A program made the translations under genes and the position numbers. The notes under the pieces are model-generated. The model searched no databases, had not been told where the DNA came from, and saw only the letters and a list, made by a program, of their open reading frames with translations. From a virus (lineage: Duplodnaviria > Caudoviricetes), in the IMG/VR virus record IMGVR_UViG_3300005611_000014, positions 6,080 to 70,079 of that record: 64,000 nt of DNA; one strand, written 5' to 3'. Shown piece after piece: positions 1 through 11,100 of the stretch; positions within the stretch are counted from its first letter, which is position 1; each line of letters begins with the position of its first letter.

Positions 1-150
1 GTAGCCCCAGACATTACACATAGTGCATTACGCACTATAACTGAACGTAGAAAGTATACTGCAGCTACTGTTGCACAATTTCAAACACAAAATGCTTCCA
101 TAATTGCGGAACTAAAACATAACTTATTTTTACACAAAATAATTAAGTAG
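1..150 (+). CDS. 3' end of a gene running in from the left edge (position of N4 gp38, between helicase and DNA polymerase)
   Basis: Frame 1 is open from base 1 (VAPDITHSALRTITERRK...) to TAG at 148-150, 6 nt before the polymerase start. Identity is inferred from synteny only. Confidence 0.6.
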   Translation, partial: VAPDITHSALRTITERRKYTAATVAQFQTQNASIIAELKHNLFLHKIIK

Positions 151-156
151 GATTCT

Positions 157-2754
157 ATGCTTCATATTCGTTTTACAGAATCAAATGACGTACCTGTTGT
201 ATTACTCTGTAGTCCTTCTTCTTTTAAAACAGAATTGATCCAAAAAAACTACCTATCACATTTAGATGAAAAAGGAATCATAGCAGTAAATCTAGAGTAT
301 AACGAAAATAACAAAGCTCCTGTTAAAGACGTAGCTTTACCTTTCTTAACCGAAGAATTACTGCCTACTTTAGTACAATTAGAAACTAAGCTAATTTTAG
401 TTAATGATGCACACTACTTTAAAATTTTAACAAAAGAACGAAAGGTTACATTAGTACACGGTACAGTGTTTCCTTGTAAGATTTCTGGATTTGAGCAGTT
501 CAATGTATCTTACATACCTAGTGCGACAAGTGCCTATTACAATCCAGATATAAAAGAACAAATACTCTTTTCTCTGAATAAAATTAATGACTATTTACTG
601 GGTACACTTACTGACGCGCCTACTATAAATATTAAGAAACTATATAGAGAGCAATTAGCAGAAATAACCCAAGCTCTTAATGAATTAAGTATAGAGCCTA
701 AAGTATTTGTAGATATAGAAGGTTTCTCTTTAAATTTCTGGGAAGCAGGTATTGCTACATTTGCTTTAGCTAAAGATTCCTTAAATAGTGTAGCTATTCA
801 ATGTGACTACGTTATTGATCCTGAAGATCCAAATAAAGGTATCTACTCCCCTTGCCTAGAAATAAGAGAGTTATTTAAAAACTTCCTTATAAACTATAAA
901 GGTGAGCTGGTATTTCACAACTGTTATTACGATCTAGAAAGTATAATTTTTACTTTATTTATGGATGGATGGTCAGACATAGATGGTAGAAAAAACGCTA
1001 CAGACCTACTAGGAAATAAAACACACGATACTAGACTGATAGCCTATTTAAGCCTTAATGGTACAAGTAGACCTAAACTGGATTTGAAAACATTGGCTTA
1101 CCCTTATTTGGGTAATTACGGTATAGACGTAACAGATATACGTCTTCAAAGCTTGGATGACTTACTACATTATAATGGTATGGATACACTGGCTACCGCA
1201 TATGTATACGGTAAGTACTATCCTATTATGGTGGCAGATAAACAAGAAGACATCTATAAGGAGTTATTTAAAGGAGGTATTCCTTTATACTTAGATGTAG
1301 AAATGACAGGCTTACCTTTAAACCCTGAAACAGTTAAAGAAGTTACAGCTAAACTCACAACTATACAAGCAGATTACTTAGCAAAGTTACATAAGTCCCC
1401 TGTAATCATAGATTACACAGACGTACTTATGCGTAAAGAGTCTGATAAAATGCACAGTAAGTGGAAACAAAAAACAGCACCAATAGAAGCGTTTAATTAT
1501 ATTAAATTTAAGCCCTCTTCCCCTGTACAATTATGTGACTTAATTTATAACACACTTGAGTATCCAGTATTAGATAAAACTAAATCAGGTAATCCTTCTA
1601 CTAAAACTAAACATTTAGAAAAACTACTAAATATTACTACAGATGCTGAAAATAAAGAGTTACTTACTAACCTCATAGGTTATAAAGAACTCTCTACTAT
1701 TATGTCGATCTTTATTAATGCTTTTAATAATAAAGTTGTAGATAAAGGCGATGGTAGGGTTTACTTACATAGTAGCTTTAACCAAGCAGGTACTGTAAGT
1801 GGTCGCTTAAGCAGTGCTAATGTAAATCTTCAAAACATTCCAAGCACAGGTACAGATTATGCTTCTCTTATAAAATCCTGTATTGATCCTCCACCGGGAT
1901 ATTTATTTGTAGGTGCAGACTTTGCATCCCTTGAAGATAGAATATCTGCATTAACTACTAAAGATGAAAATAAATTAAAAATCTACATTGATGGCTTTGA
2001 TGGACATAGCCTTAGAGCTTACAGTTATTTTACTGATCAGATGCCTGACATTGATCCTAATAGCGTAGAATCCATTAACTCGATAGCAGATAAATACAAA
2101 CAACTTAGACAGGACTCTAAACCTATTACTTTCCTTAAGACCTATAAAGGTAAAGCTTATGGTTTAATGCATACAGTCGGGTTAGATAAGGATACTGCAG
2201 AGCGTGTAGATAAGGCTTACCATGAGCTTTATAAAACTTCCGATGAATGGGTTAACGCAAAATTAAAACAAGCTACAGAAGACGGTTACGCTACCGTAGC
2301 TTTTGGTTTACGTGTTAGGTGTGAAGCTTTAAAAGGAATCTACCTTGATATTGATAGATTACCGCCTAAACTTGAAGCACTAACCCGAACAATAGCAAAT
2401 GCGTTCGGGCAATCTTATGGTTTATTAAACAATCGAGCAGGTATTAGTTTACGTAAAAAGGCAATGACAAGTCCTTTTAAAAACTCTATATTGTTCGCTC
2501 CTCACATTCATGACGCACAGTATTTCTTAATTAAAGAAGATATAGCTGTCCTTGAATGGTTAAATAACGAACTAGTTACAGAAATGTGCTGGCAAAATTT
2601 ACCTGAAATTCAACATCCCATTGTAGGCTTAGGAGGCCAATTAGACATTTTTTACCCTACTTGGGCTAAATCCGTGTCTTTACCAAATAATGCTACACAG
2701 GATGAAATAAAGGCTATATGCCTTAAACATGCAGAGGAATTAAAAAACCCATGA
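157..2754 (+). CDS. DNA polymerase, family A, with 3'-5' exonuclease (N4 gp39-like)
   Basis: Exonuclease motifs VFVDIEG, FHNCYYDL and YNGMDT. Polymerase motifs TVSGRLSSANVNLQNIP, A (ADFASLEDRI), B (RQDSKPITFLKTYKG) and C (PHIHDAQYF). Confidence 0.95.
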   Translation: MLHIRFTESNDVPVVLLCSPSSFKTELIQKNYLSHLDEKGIIAVNLEYNENNKAPVKDVALPFLTEELLPTLVQLETKLILVNDAHYFKILTKERKVTLVHGTVFPCKISGFEQFNVSYIPSATSAYYNPDIKEQILFSLNKINDYLLGTLTDAPTINIKKLYREQLAEITQALNELSIEPKVFVDIEGFSLNFWEAGIATFALAKDSLNSVAIQCDYVIDPEDPNKGIYSPCLEIRELFKNFLINYKGELVFHNCYYDLESIIFTLFMDGWSDIDGRKNATDLLGNKTHDTRLIAYLSLNGTSRPKLDLKTLAYPYLGNYGIDVTDIRLQSLDDLLHYNGMDTLATAYVYGKYYPIMVADKQEDIYKELFKGGIPLYLDVEMTGLPLNPETVKEVTAKLTTIQADYLAKLHKSPVIIDYTDVLMRKESDKMHSKWKQKTAPIEAFNYIKFKPSSPVQLCDLIYNTLEYPVLDKTKSGNPSTKTKHLEKLLNITTDAENKELLTNLIGYKELSTIMSIFINAFNNKVVDKGDGRVYLHSSFNQAGTVSGRLSSANVNLQNIPSTGTDYASLIKSCIDPPPGYLFVGADFASLEDRISALTTKDENKLKIYIDGFDGHSLRAYSYFTDQMPDIDPNSVESINSIADKYKQLRQDSKPITFLKTYKGKAYGLMHTVGLDKDTAERVDKAYHELYKTSDEWVNAKLKQATEDGYATVAFGLRVRCEALKGIYLDIDRLPPKLEALTRTIANAFGQSYGLLNNRAGISLRKKAMTSPFKNSILFAPHIHDAQYFLIKEDIAVLEWLNNELVTEMCWQNLPEIQHPIVGLGGQLDIFYPTWAKSVSLPNNATQDEIKAICLKHAEELKNP

Positions 2755-3749
2755 TCACTAATAATAATGGTTTATCTCTTTCGATGGCAGCGTGGTTAGC
2801 TAGTAACGACTACGATTACCAACCTGATGCAATCAGTGCTACTTCACTTATGAAGCCTTTACGTCAAATCGTACTAGCTGAACGTGTACCGGAAATACAT
2901 AAACGCGCATTAGACGTAACAGAACTTACTAAAAGCAGAACAGGTACAAGCGTACATGACAGCATAGAAGGTATCTGGAACAACCCAGAAAAATTAGCTA
3001 AAGCTTTTAAAACATTACCTGAAACTCAACATTTAATGGAAGAGTACGATAACGATATATCTGCATTCGTAGATATTAATCCAGAAACAAAAACAGATAA
3101 GCCTATTGTGGTTTATATGGAGCAACGTAAATACAAAACTGTTCAAGGTTTTACCGTATCCGGTAAATACGATTTTGTGTTTAATGGTCAACTAGAAGAT
3201 CATAAAACAACAAGTGCTTATTCATATACCTCTGGAAGTAAAGCAGCAGATTATATACTGCAAGGTAGTATTTATAGATGGTTAGCTCCTGACATAATCA
3301 CAAAAGATACGATTGCTATCAATTTTGTTTTTACAGATTGGAGTGCAAAAACTGCATCTAAAAACCCAGCTTATCCTCAACAAGCAGCTTTAACAGAATA
3401 CTATTCCCTTCTCCCGCTTGAACAAGTAGAAAATTGGATAGAAAAACGTATTCAAGATATACGTAAATTAGACAAACTTGAGCAAGAAGATATTCCTGAA
3501 TGTACAGCAGAAGAGTTATGGATGAATCCTTCTTCATACAAGTACTATGCTGATCCAAATAAAACAGACAGGGCTACTAAAGACTTTAAACAAGATATGG
3601 CTGGCGCGTATGAACATCTAGCTATCAAAGGTAAAGGGATAGTACTAGAAATAAAGTCACCTGCTAAAGCTTGCTCCTATTGCCCTGCTTCTACTATATG
3701 CAAACAATATGTCTCATTAGTAGATCAAGGTTTAATCGAAACCCTTTAA
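2751..3749 (+). CDS. PD-(D/E)xK nuclease, RecB/Cas4-like (N4 gp42-like)
   Basis: GTSVHDSIE helix, SGKYDFVFNGQLEDHKTT catalytic motif, and a C-terminal Cys cluster (EC...CSYCPASTIC). ATGA overlap with the polymerase. Confidence 0.8.
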   Translation: MITNNNGLSLSMAAWLASNDYDYQPDAISATSLMKPLRQIVLAERVPEIHKRALDVTELTKSRTGTSVHDSIEGIWNNPEKLAKAFKTLPETQHLMEEYDNDISAFVDINPETKTDKPIVVYMEQRKYKTVQGFTVSGKYDFVFNGQLEDHKTTSAYSYTSGSKAADYILQGSIYRWLAPDIITKDTIAINFVFTDWSAKTASKNPAYPQQAALTEYYSLLPLEQVENWIEKRIQDIRKLDKLEQEDIPECTAEELWMNPSSYKYYADPNKTDRATKDFKQDMAGAYEHLAIKGKGIVLEIKSPAKACSYCPASTICKQYVSLVDQGLIETL

Positions 3750-3766
3750 CGAAATAAGAGGATACT

Positions 3767-5923
3767 ATGTTTGACCTAGATCAAGTCGAATACCACGAAA
3801 CCAGCGAACAATTAGTTAAAACGCTATGCCTTAAAACCCAAAATGATAATCCTTTATTTTTTAGGGTAATAGTAGCCTACTATTTCTGCAAGATAGCTTC
3901 CATGATGCGCGTAAATATTGCTACACATGAACGAGGAATAATTCCTGTAAACATGTATGCAATATGTCTTGCTACTTCAGGTTCAGGTAAAGGGTTATCT
4001 ACAAATCTTATGGAAGAAAAGCTATTAACGCCTTTCAAAGATAAGTATATGTCAGAAACCTTTAACACTGTCGCAGATCAAAACATTACAAAACTTGCTG
4101 TTAAACGTGCGATCAAAGAAGATATTGAAGAAGACATAGCTAGAGAAAAAGTTCTAGCTGATTTCAATAGAGCAGGTGAATTACTATTTTCTTTTGATAG
4201 CGGTACAACTGCAGCCGTAAAACAAATGCGAACCAAGCTATTAATGGCAGGGGCTGGATCAATGAATCTAGAGATAGATGAGATTGGTTCTAATCTGTTA
4301 GGTAATGTAGACGTACTAACCACGTTTTTAGAATTGTTTGACGTAGGAAACATTAAACAAAAACTAGTTAAGAACACTAATGACAATGTACGTGTAGCAG
4401 ATATTGATGGAAGAACTCCAACTAATCTGCTGCTATTTGGTACACCTTCTAAATTATTAAATGGAGGTAAAGCAGAAGAAGAATTTTATTCTATGCTTGA
4501 TACAGGCTATGCCCGTAGATGTCTATTCGCGTACAGTAAAGATTCCAGTAAGAATACAAGCTTAACTCCTGAAGAAGTCTATGCACTTATGACGGATACT
4601 AATCTTGATGATTACATTGCTGAATTATCGGAAACATTATGTGATCTTGCAGAAGTAAGTCATTTTAATAAGTCTTTATCCATGACTAAAGAAGTCAGCA
4701 TACTTTCTATTTCTTATAAACTTGAATGCGAAAAGAAAGCTAATTCTCTTCCTGCTCATGAAGAAATTCGTAAAGCAGAATTAAGCCATAGATACTTTAA
4801 AGCTTTAAAGATAGCAGGAGCTTTCGCATTTATAGATATGTGGCACGAAATCACAGAAGATCATCTAAAAGCTGCTATCAAGCTTACAGAAGAATCAGGT
4901 GAGGCTTTTGCTTCATTGCTAACTCGTGAACGAAACTTCGTTAAGTTAGCTAAGTATATTGCGGAAATGGGTAAAGAAGTAACACATGTAGATTTAGTAG
5001 AAGATTTACCTTTTTACAAAGGCAGTGTACAACAGAAGCAAGAACTAATGAACTTAGCTATTGCTTATGGTTACAAGAATAACATAGTAATTCAGCGATC
5101 TATTAGTGACGGAATAGAGTTTATTAAAGGCAATAGTTTGAAAGAAACTAACTTAAATAAGCTAATTATATCTTACAGTACAGACTTAGCTAAAGACTAT
5201 GAATACACTGAAGCTCCTTTCAGTAAATTGCATAACTTAACTCAATTACCTTCTCATCATTGGTGTAATCACGCTTTTCTAGAAGACATGCGATGTGAGG
5301 AAAATGCATCAATGCAAGTTGGCTTTAATATGGTAGTACTAGATGTGGAAAACTCTGTAAGCTTAGAGGCTGCAATGTCTCTTCTCCAAGAGTATACATA
5401 TCATATCTACACAACTAAGCAGCATACAGACAAGAATAACCGTTACCGTATTATTTTGCCTTTAAGTCACGTATTACATATGGAAGCGACAGAGTATAAA
5501 GAGTTCATGTCTAATATTTTTGATTGGCTTCCTTTTGACGTAGATACAAGCACCAAGCAACGTTCACGCAAATGGAGAACGTGTAAAGGTACTTATTTCA
5601 ACAACGAAGGTGTATTGCTCGATGCATTAACCTTTATACCTAAAACCAGTAAAAATGATGATTGCCGTAAGGTTATTGCTGATTTACACAGTTTAACTAA
5701 TCTAGAAAGATGGTTTGTAGCTAACGCAAAAGAAGGTGATAGGAGTAACCAGCTAATTAGATATGCACTACTTCTAGTGGATTCGGGAATGGATATAGCT
5801 ACTGTTCAAAATAACGTATTACGTTTAAATGGTAAATTAGATACCTCCCTGGATGAAGCAGAAATAATGGGAACCATAATGGTTACGGCAACTAAGCATT
5901 TTTATAAAAACCAAAACTCATAG
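3767..5923 (+). CDS. Helicase-primase (N4 gp43-like): N-terminal P-loop domain, C-terminal AEP-type primase and PriCT-like region
   Basis: Walker A ATSGSGKG. Primase-like motifs VVLDVEN, YTTKQHT and RYRIILPL. C-terminal GDRSNQLIRYA. Synteny agrees. Confidence 0.85.
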   Translation: MFDLDQVEYHETSEQLVKTLCLKTQNDNPLFFRVIVAYYFCKIASMMRVNIATHERGIIPVNMYAICLATSGSGKGLSTNLMEEKLLTPFKDKYMSETFNTVADQNITKLAVKRAIKEDIEEDIAREKVLADFNRAGELLFSFDSGTTAAVKQMRTKLLMAGAGSMNLEIDEIGSNLLGNVDVLTTFLELFDVGNIKQKLVKNTNDNVRVADIDGRTPTNLLLFGTPSKLLNGGKAEEEFYSMLDTGYARRCLFAYSKDSSKNTSLTPEEVYALMTDTNLDDYIAELSETLCDLAEVSHFNKSLSMTKEVSILSISYKLECEKKANSLPAHEEIRKAELSHRYFKALKIAGAFAFIDMWHEITEDHLKAAIKLTEESGEAFASLLTRERNFVKLAKYIAEMGKEVTHVDLVEDLPFYKGSVQQKQELMNLAIAYGYKNNIVIQRSISDGIEFIKGNSLKETNLNKLIISYSTDLAKDYEYTEAPFSKLHNLTQLPSHHWCNHAFLEDMRCEENASMQVGFNMVVLDVENSVSLEAAMSLLQEYTYHIYTTKQHTDKNNRYRIILPLSHVLHMEATEYKEFMSNIFDWLPFDVDTSTKQRSRKWRTCKGTYFNNEGVLLDALTFIPKTSKNDDCRKVIADLHSLTNLERWFVANAKEGDRSNQLIRYALLLVDSGMDIATVQNNVLRLNGKLDTSLDEAEIMGTIMVTATKHFYKNQNS

Positions 5924-5931
5924 GAGAGAAC

Positions 5932-6663
5932 ATGACTAAAAGAATGGTATTAATTGGAGGCAAGTCTACTACAGGTAAAACAGCTTCTTTACGTAATATT
6001 AATGACCCTAAAGGAGTCATGTATCTTAATTGTGAAACAGGTAAAGATTTACCTTTCCGTTTTCCAAATAAAGATGAGAAATTCCTGTCATTAATTGTAA
6101 CTGATCCTTACCAAGTATTTCAGGCTTTAGACGAAGCTGAAGAAATGGAAGAAATACATACTGTAGTGATAGATACCTTAACTTATTTAATGGGTATGTT
6201 TGAAACACAATACGTTCTAGCAGCAGCCGATACACAAAAAGGTTGGGGCAATTACGCAGAGTTTTTCAAAAAACTACACCAGTATTACTTTGCTAAAAGT
6301 ACTAAATCCATTATTGTATTGGCGCATACTGCAGACATCTATAACAAAAAAGAAATGGTTATGGAGTCTATGGTTAAAGTCAAAGGCTCTACTATGAATG
6401 AAGGAGTAGAAGCCGCATATTCTACTGTTATCGCTACCAAGAAAGTAGCTATTTCTGAGTTAGAAAAATATGACAATCCTAATTTAAACATTTCTGATAA
6501 AGAAAAAAGATTAGGTTATAAACATGTTTTCCAAACTCAGATTACAGAAGACAGCATTAATGAGCGAATACGTGCAAACATGGGTATGTGGGATGATGAA
6601 GAAACCTACATAGATAACGATGTTCAAATTGTTATAGATCGGTTGCATGAGTACTATGACTGA
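5932..6663 (+). CDS. AAA-family ATPase, Sak4-like (N4 gp44-like)
   Basis: Walker A GKSTTGKT and Walker B VVIDTLT. Lies between primase and SSB as in N4. Confidence 0.8.
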   Translation: MTKRMVLIGGKSTTGKTASLRNINDPKGVMYLNCETGKDLPFRFPNKDEKFLSLIVTDPYQVFQALDEAEEMEEIHTVVIDTLTYLMGMFETQYVLAAADTQKGWGNYAEFFKKLHQYYFAKSTKSIIVLAHTADIYNKKEMVMESMVKVKGSTMNEGVEAAYSTVIATKKVAISELEKYDNPNLNISDKEKRLGYKHVFQTQITEDSINERIRANMGMWDDEETYIDNDVQIVIDRLHEYYD

Positions 6664-6805
6664 TCATCCTAAGTTTTGCTGTAACCAGCCCTTAATACCC
6701 TTAAGAAGTCAGTATTGCCTCCTTTGCAGTATTTGCGGGAAAGAATACTATTGGCCTCTTAAACCAAAACAAAAACCGTTAATTAAATCACAAAGGTAAA
6801 CATAT

Positions 6806-7573
6806 ATGTCTCTATTAAAAAACGTAGTAACAAGTGAGAACGTAGAAGAAGAAAAAGATGTCGTAGGTGGAGGAGGTAAAAAAGTTTTACCTTCCGGTAT
6901 TTATGATGCAACAGTCAATCTAGCTTATATTATTGAATCAGCTAAAGGCGCACTAGCAGTAGTACTTGATTTGCTAGTAGGTGAAGATACGGTAAGCCAA
7001 ACTATTTATTTCACTAATAGAAATAAAGAAGCTACCTATACCAAAAATGGTAAAACATTTTGGATGCCGGGACACGCTGTACTCAATAGCTTGTCTTTAT
7101 TGGCTTGCGGTAAGGACTTGTTATCTGAAGATTTACAAACTCCTGATAAAACTTTAATGATTTTCGATTTTGAATCTAAAAAAGAGCTACCTAAAGAAGT
7201 ACCTGTACTGACTGAATGGAAAGACGCTAAAGTAAAAGTAGCTATTATGGATGTACTTGAGCCAGTTAATAAATTAAATAAAGATACAAATGAGTACGAG
7301 CCTTCATACGATGCACAAGGTAACTTAATGACTCGTCAATTTAATGACTTTGTTAAATTTATGCGTCAACGTGATAGCTTGACTACTACCGAAATCAAAA
7401 ATGAAGAAACGGAAGCCACATATGCAACTGAATGGTTAGCTAAGTGGGAAGATAAACAGTCAGATAAGACTACTAAGGTTTCTCAAACAATTGCTGTGGG
7501 CGCAAGTTCTGGCAGCATGGTAAATAGTCCTAGCGGTGCACCTAAGCCAAGTGGCGGCAAGTTGTTCAGCTAA
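6806..7573 (+). CDS. Single-stranded DNA-binding protein (N4 gp45-like)
   Basis: Begins with EEEKDVVGGGG..LPSGIYDATVNLAY, has TIYFTNRNKEATYTKNGKTFWMPG, and ends in a flexible tail with LFS. Synteny agrees. Confidence 0.8.
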   Translation: MSLLKNVVTSENVEEEKDVVGGGGKKVLPSGIYDATVNLAYIIESAKGALAVVLDLLVGEDTVSQTIYFTNRNKEATYTKNGKTFWMPGHAVLNSLSLLACGKDLLSEDLQTPDKTLMIFDFESKKELPKEVPVLTEWKDAKVKVAIMDVLEPVNKLNKDTNEYEPSYDAQGNLMTRQFNDFVKFMRQRDSLTTTEIKNEETEATYATEWLAKWEDKQSDKTTKVSQTIAVGASSGSMVNSPSGAPKPSGGKLFS

Positions 7574-7580
7574 GCTATAC

Positions 7581-7603
7581 AAGAGGGCGTTATGTCCTCT
7601 TTT
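7581..7603 (+). terminator. Probable intrinsic terminator after the SSB gene
   Basis: Stem AAGAGGGC / GTCCTCTT with loop GTTAT, followed by a short T run. Confidence 0.5.
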
Positions 7604-7631
7604 CCTTAACTCTATTTTAAAATGGTGAATC

Positions 7632-7946
7632 ATGATTATTACCTTGAAACAAGATGACATTGAAAACGCACTAATTAACTACGTAAATAGTTTACTGGGT
7701 GCACCTGTAAATCCAGAAAATACATCTATCTCTATTACAGCAGGTAGAGGTGTTAATGGACACTCTGCAGAAATTGAAATCGCTGCACCAAAAGCAGTAA
7801 ATACAAAACGTGTACCTGTTACATACAACCACGCGGCTGAGGTTCCTATCAAAGAAGAAGTAACTACTGTTATGGATTCGGTAGAAGAAACGCCAGAAGT
7901 AGAAGAAGAAGTTACACCTTCACGTAATCTATTTAGCGCAGACTAG
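7632..7946 (+). CDS. Conserved hypothetical protein (N4 gp46-like)
   Basis: MIITLKQDDIENALINYV...ITAGRGVNGHSAEIEI with an acidic tail. Follows SSB as in N4-like phages. Confidence 0.6.
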   Translation: MIITLKQDDIENALINYVNSLLGAPVNPENTSISITAGRGVNGHSAEIEIAAPKAVNTKRVPVTYNHAAEVPIKEEVTTVMDSVEETPEVEEEVTPSRNLFSAD

Positions 7947-8113
7947 TGTTTGTATTCTGGATCATAGGTGTGATTTTGCTATGTATTCTGGGACTATTTG
8001 GAGCAGTATTTATACCGCTCCTTATAGCAGGTCTTGCAACAATAGCAGTATTCGCTTTAATTTATGCTATAGCTAGAGACTATAAAGAATACAAAGATAA
8101 GGGAGACCCCTGA
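7946..8113 (+). CDS. Small membrane protein, 55 aa, about two TM helices (not in the supplied ORF track)
   Basis: GTG at 7946 overlaps the upstream TAG. VFVFWIIGVILLCILGLFGAVFIPLLIAGLATIAVFALIYAIARDYKEYKDKGDP. TGA at 8111-8113 abuts the vRNAP stop. Confidence 0.65.
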   Translation: MFVFWIIGVILLCILGLFGAVFIPLLIAGLATIAVFALIYAIARDYKEYKDKGDP

Positions 8114-11100
8114 TTATCTAGGGGTCAAACTTGCTTCCATTGCCGGAATTTGCAATAAGTTATCTAAGTGTCCCAGCGGTAACAGAGAAGATCTATTCGT
8201 AACCCCTGAAGTGGAAAAAGCAGTATCCATTATATCCGGTGCATCATAACTTAATAGTTGCTGCGCCCATAATGTAGCAAGTACATTGACAGGTTTATCT
8301 ACAAGTTGTCTTAGAATGACTTTCTGTATTCGCAAGAAGAACTTACTGAACATGACAAAACCCATATCGTTAGCGTACTGTAATGCAGCGTGTGTAGGTA
8401 AATCATAGTTAACAAAAGTCTCCACAACGTAATTAATAGCTTCTGCTTTTTCCATCCCTGTTTCTTGTTTGTGTTTATACAAAGCATATCTTGCTACAAA
8501 ATCACTCAATTGAGTAGCATCTCTTAAAACTTTATAAGTTTTAGTGTCATGTGTAATAAACAACTGACTAGTTACTGATTTAATTATTTCCGGTGTACGG
8601 GAAACAATAGGATCAGTTAATTTATCCAAACCACTCAAATATGTAAAATTGTTTTCTTCCATTTCCACATCTTCAATAATAGCTTGAAGTACACCTTCGT
8701 CAATTAAATCCTTAACAGGATTCTTCGCAATTTCTTCCTCAATACGACTAATACGGCTCTTAATATTTAGTCTTTCACTAGATGTTAAACGCTTGTTGGC
8801 TTGTAATTCTAATTCTAATTTTCCTAATGTATTTCGTAATTCTTTATAATCCAGTACTGCTCTTGTTCCTTCCATACTCCATTTAGTTTGTTTGGCTAGA
8901 GAAATACCTTCTACGGTGTTAACAATAAAATTACTTAAAATATTACCCATTAAAACGAAACCAGACTTAACAACAATAATATCTTTAATTAACTTCATAA
9001 TATCTTGCCAGATAACTTCTGCTTTAAGAATAGTAGAATTGTTACCCAGTAAAGCCATACCTCTACCTATTGCATTAACTAAGGATTTTTCAGAGTTTTG
9101 TAATTTATTATCAGCCCACTGACCAATAGTTAATTTACGTTGTCCGAAAACCAAAGGAATTAAACCTTCTCGTACAGGTATGCCCCCTAAAGCAGCTATA
9201 TTAAATTTACTTTCTAAGAGTCGTCTAGTATCAGAAGGAAGCAAACGATAAAATTCTTCATCTCCTGTGAGTAAAGTAAATTCAGTAGACTCTCTGGCAT
9301 AGTTAGCATCAAAATCATCCACTAATAAATCTATAGCTTTGCTGTTAATCATAGCTGAATTATTTTTGTCTATGATGGCACCAAACATATTACCCAGTAC
9401 TTCATCGAAGTGGGTGTTCATTTGCATAACATTCTTTTTCACATACTCTGTACCAGAGTATCTATAGACAGGAGAAGAGTAAGTATAGTCACCTACTGTC
9501 GTTAAATGACTAGGTGTAAGCGTATAATCATGTGCTTGGTTTAATCTATCTGCTTCTGTTTGTACGGCTGCATTGGCTTCGTTACTTAAACCAGTACCCT
9601 TACTTTGCAAACTGGTTAAACTAAATATACCAGACATATATTTACGTAAGCCGCCTACGTCATTTACCATTAAGGTAACGGATTCTGTTGACCCGGTTGC
9701 AGGATCAGGAGGCAACTGTGTTACTTCTTTGTAGTTCTTACGTATAAGATCTGCTTTATCTTCAGGTGTAGCAGCAATAGCTAACGCAACATTAGGATTA
9801 GTTTCTTCTTTTACATATCCTTTAATCATTAAAGATTCTTGATCAAAGAAGTTCTCTTTTTTAGATTTCTCTTTGTGTAAGTTGTACATCTCCATCGTAA
9901 AGAGTAAACCATTATCTGTTTCAGACTTACCTGCTTTTAATTCTTTACGATAGATTTCCTTAATCTTTTCAGCATTTGCTTTATTACTGCTAGTATTCAA
10001 AGTATATAACGTAATGAGTCTATCTATAATAGGCTGCACATCTTCTGCATTGTTTACTGTAACGTGGCTATTATTTACTGCTCTCGCTATGTTATGCGCA
10101 TTATTTAGTGTTCTACCTGCAGCTAATAGCGCAACACCTTCACTATTAAGAGAAGCTAAACTTCTAGCTTGAGCTTTATAATAAGCAAGAGTATTAGTGT
10201 CATTAGTTATTGCACGTAAGTCTCTTTCAGTAGAAGCAATAGCTCTATCCCTAGCAGCTTGGTTAGTAATAACATCATAGACTTGTTTAAAGTTACCTGC
10301 ATTACTACGTAGTAATACGCCTGCATCGGATTTCAATAAACTGTAGTACACTGCATCTTTTTCTTCAGCCGTAAGTATAGAGCCGTATTTGCTTTGTATT
10401 GCTTTGGTTGCCTGCAAAGAAGCATTGGCTCTTTCCCGTTCTACATAGTTAGAGCTATAGCGAAGCATGGCAGTAAACACGGCATTTTTAGAAGTGTTGC
10501 CTAGCATCTCTCTAGCAATACTTTTAGTAAAGCCGTTCTTTGCTATACCCATTCTTCTAGACCATTCATTTAAAACAGAAGCGGTACTTTCTAAAGTTAA
10601 TCCTGTTTTATTTAAAACGAGGTCTAGTGCTGGTGTCACAACAGGTACGTCCTTACCTAATACTTTACCTTCAGGAAATAATTTAGCGAGAGGTGCACGA
10701 ACATAATCACTAAGCGCACCTAACGCTTTGCTGTTAACAGTGTTTATAAACTTAGCAGATTTACTTAACCTAGTTAGATTATCATTTTGGGTATTTACTA
10801 ATTTTTGAGCCAAGATAAGTAAGGTTTCATTTCCATTCAAACCTTGTATACCTAATCGTTTGGCTTCAAAAGCTGAAAGCATATCTCCTAAGATACTTAG
10901 TAAATGGTTAGCTGCATTTACAAAAATGTTTATACCTTTATATTTACTTGGCTCAATTCTACTTAAATCAGTAGAGTTCATGGCTTCAGTAATTTCAGGT
11001 TTAGCAAGGGCTTTCATTAACTTTTCATTTGTTAATCCAAACGCAAAAAACTCATGCAAGTAGTGGTTTCTGTTTTGTTCTAAAGTTACACCATTAACTG

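Noticed and set aside
157-2754. Unusual residue at the family A polymerase position equivalent to E. coli 762, or an intein/intron
   Set aside because: Motif B has the ordinary Phe (KPITF), and the ORF is continuous and of typical N4-like length.
2751-3749. Cas4-like nuclease as evidence of a CRISPR system
   Set aside because: No repeat-spacer array or other cas gene is present. The gene sits in the conserved N4 replication module.
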